DNA of 58,895 nt, the filler included. It is 7 parts of 7 records of this genome, joined end to end, with 100 filler letters (N's around TTAATTAATTAA, not from the genome) between each part and the next. Parts side by side here need not be neighbours in the genome. Positions count along the whole stretch, not along the records: positions 51,417 to 58,895 come from DRR723986_6631; 6 more parts are not named here. One strand, 5' to 3'. Below, in pieces: positions 58,353 to 58,895 of this stretch. A program made the position numbers and the translations under genes. Every line of letters starts with the position of its first letter. Position 1 is the first letter of the stretch. The notes below the pieces were generated by a model that made no database searches, was not told the DNA's origin, and saw nothing but the letters and a program-made list of their open reading frames with translations.

Positions 58353-58895
58353 ATGCCAGGTCAGAAGCTGAGTGTTGTCGTAACGCGACGGTTGCCCGAA
58401 GCGGTCGAAACGCGGATGTCGGAGCTGTTCGACGTGGAACTGCGCGAAGATGACCGCCCGATGACCCGATCGGAACTGGTGTCCGCGATGAACCGCGCGG
58501 ACATTCTGGTGCCCTGTGTCACGGACCAGATCGACGCGGGCCTGCTTGGGCAGGCGGGCGAGAAGCTCAAGCTCATTGCCAATTACGGGGCCGGGGTGGA
58601 CCATATTGATGTGCACACGGCACGTCAGCGCGGCATCCTCGTTGCCAACACGCCCGGTGTGGTGACAGAAGACACCGCAGATATGACCCTGGCGCTGATC
58701 CTGGCCGTGACCCGTCGCATTCCCGAAGGGCTGGCCGTGATGCAGGCTGGTAAATGGGACGGCTGGTCGCCCACAGCCTTCATGGGCGGGCGTATCGGTG
58801 GCAAGCGGCTCGGCATTCTCGGCATGGGCCGGATCGGACAGGCCGTCGCCCGCCGCGCTGCGGTGTTCGGGATGCAGGTGCATTACCACAACCGC
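58353..58895 (+). CDS. D-glycerate/glyoxylate reductase (2-hydroxyacid dehydrogenase), 3'-truncated; absent from the ORF track
   Basis: Manual translation MPGQKLSVVVTRRLPEAVETRM...ANYGAGVDHID...NTPGV..EDTAD...GILGMGRIG. Confidence 0.9.
   Translation, partial: MPGQKLSVVVTRRLPEAVETRMSELFDVELREDDRPMTRSELVSAMNRADILVPCVTDQIDAGLLGQAGEKLKLIANYGAGVDHIDVHTARQRGILVANTPGVVTEDTADMTLALILAVTRRIPEGLAVMQAGKWDGWSPTAFMGGRIGGKRLGILGMGRIGQAVARRAAVFGMQVHYHNR

Noticed and set aside
1-58895. Alpha/gammaproteobacterial mosaic as horizontal transfer
   Set aside because: Every taxon and composition switch coincides with a spacer; these are separate contigs

Overview
The window is not one locus. It is seven unrelated contigs joined by six 100-bp artificial spacers (44 N + TTAATTAATTAA + 44 N), so nothing should be linked across spacers. 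(1) 1-9152, GC-rich, Rhodobacteraceae-like: methylamine/N-methylglutamate cluster (soxA/soxG-like, GlxA-type AraC, XRE-cupin, glxBCD/mgsABC, glnT/gmaS). (2) 9253-22032, GC-rich alphaproteobacterial: divergent catabolic cluster with a TctABC transporter, GntR, CoA ligase, crotonases and a secreted MHETase-like tannase-family esterase lacking both active-site cysteines. (3) 22133-35382 and (4) 35483-40610, Marinobacter-like gammaproteobacterial core regions (pepN, nadK, fadH, rapA, cysZ, selU, mscS). They contain two sRNA genes invisible to the ORF track: a Fur-boxed PrrF-like RNA (~30211-30299) and a GacA-boxed CsrB/Rsm-like RNA with 15 GGA motifs (~37438-37704). (5) 40711-45794: Rhodobacteraceae nuoF-nuoG-nuoH interrupted by small ORFs. 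(6) 45895-51316: likely genomic-island end at a tRNA-Ser (ParDE, TetR plus MacAB-like efflux, transposase remnant). (7) 51417-58895: Rhodobacteraceae region (poly-Asp proteins, membrane LuxR, pth, rplY). Taxonomic and family calls come from recognising motifs by eye, not from database searches.
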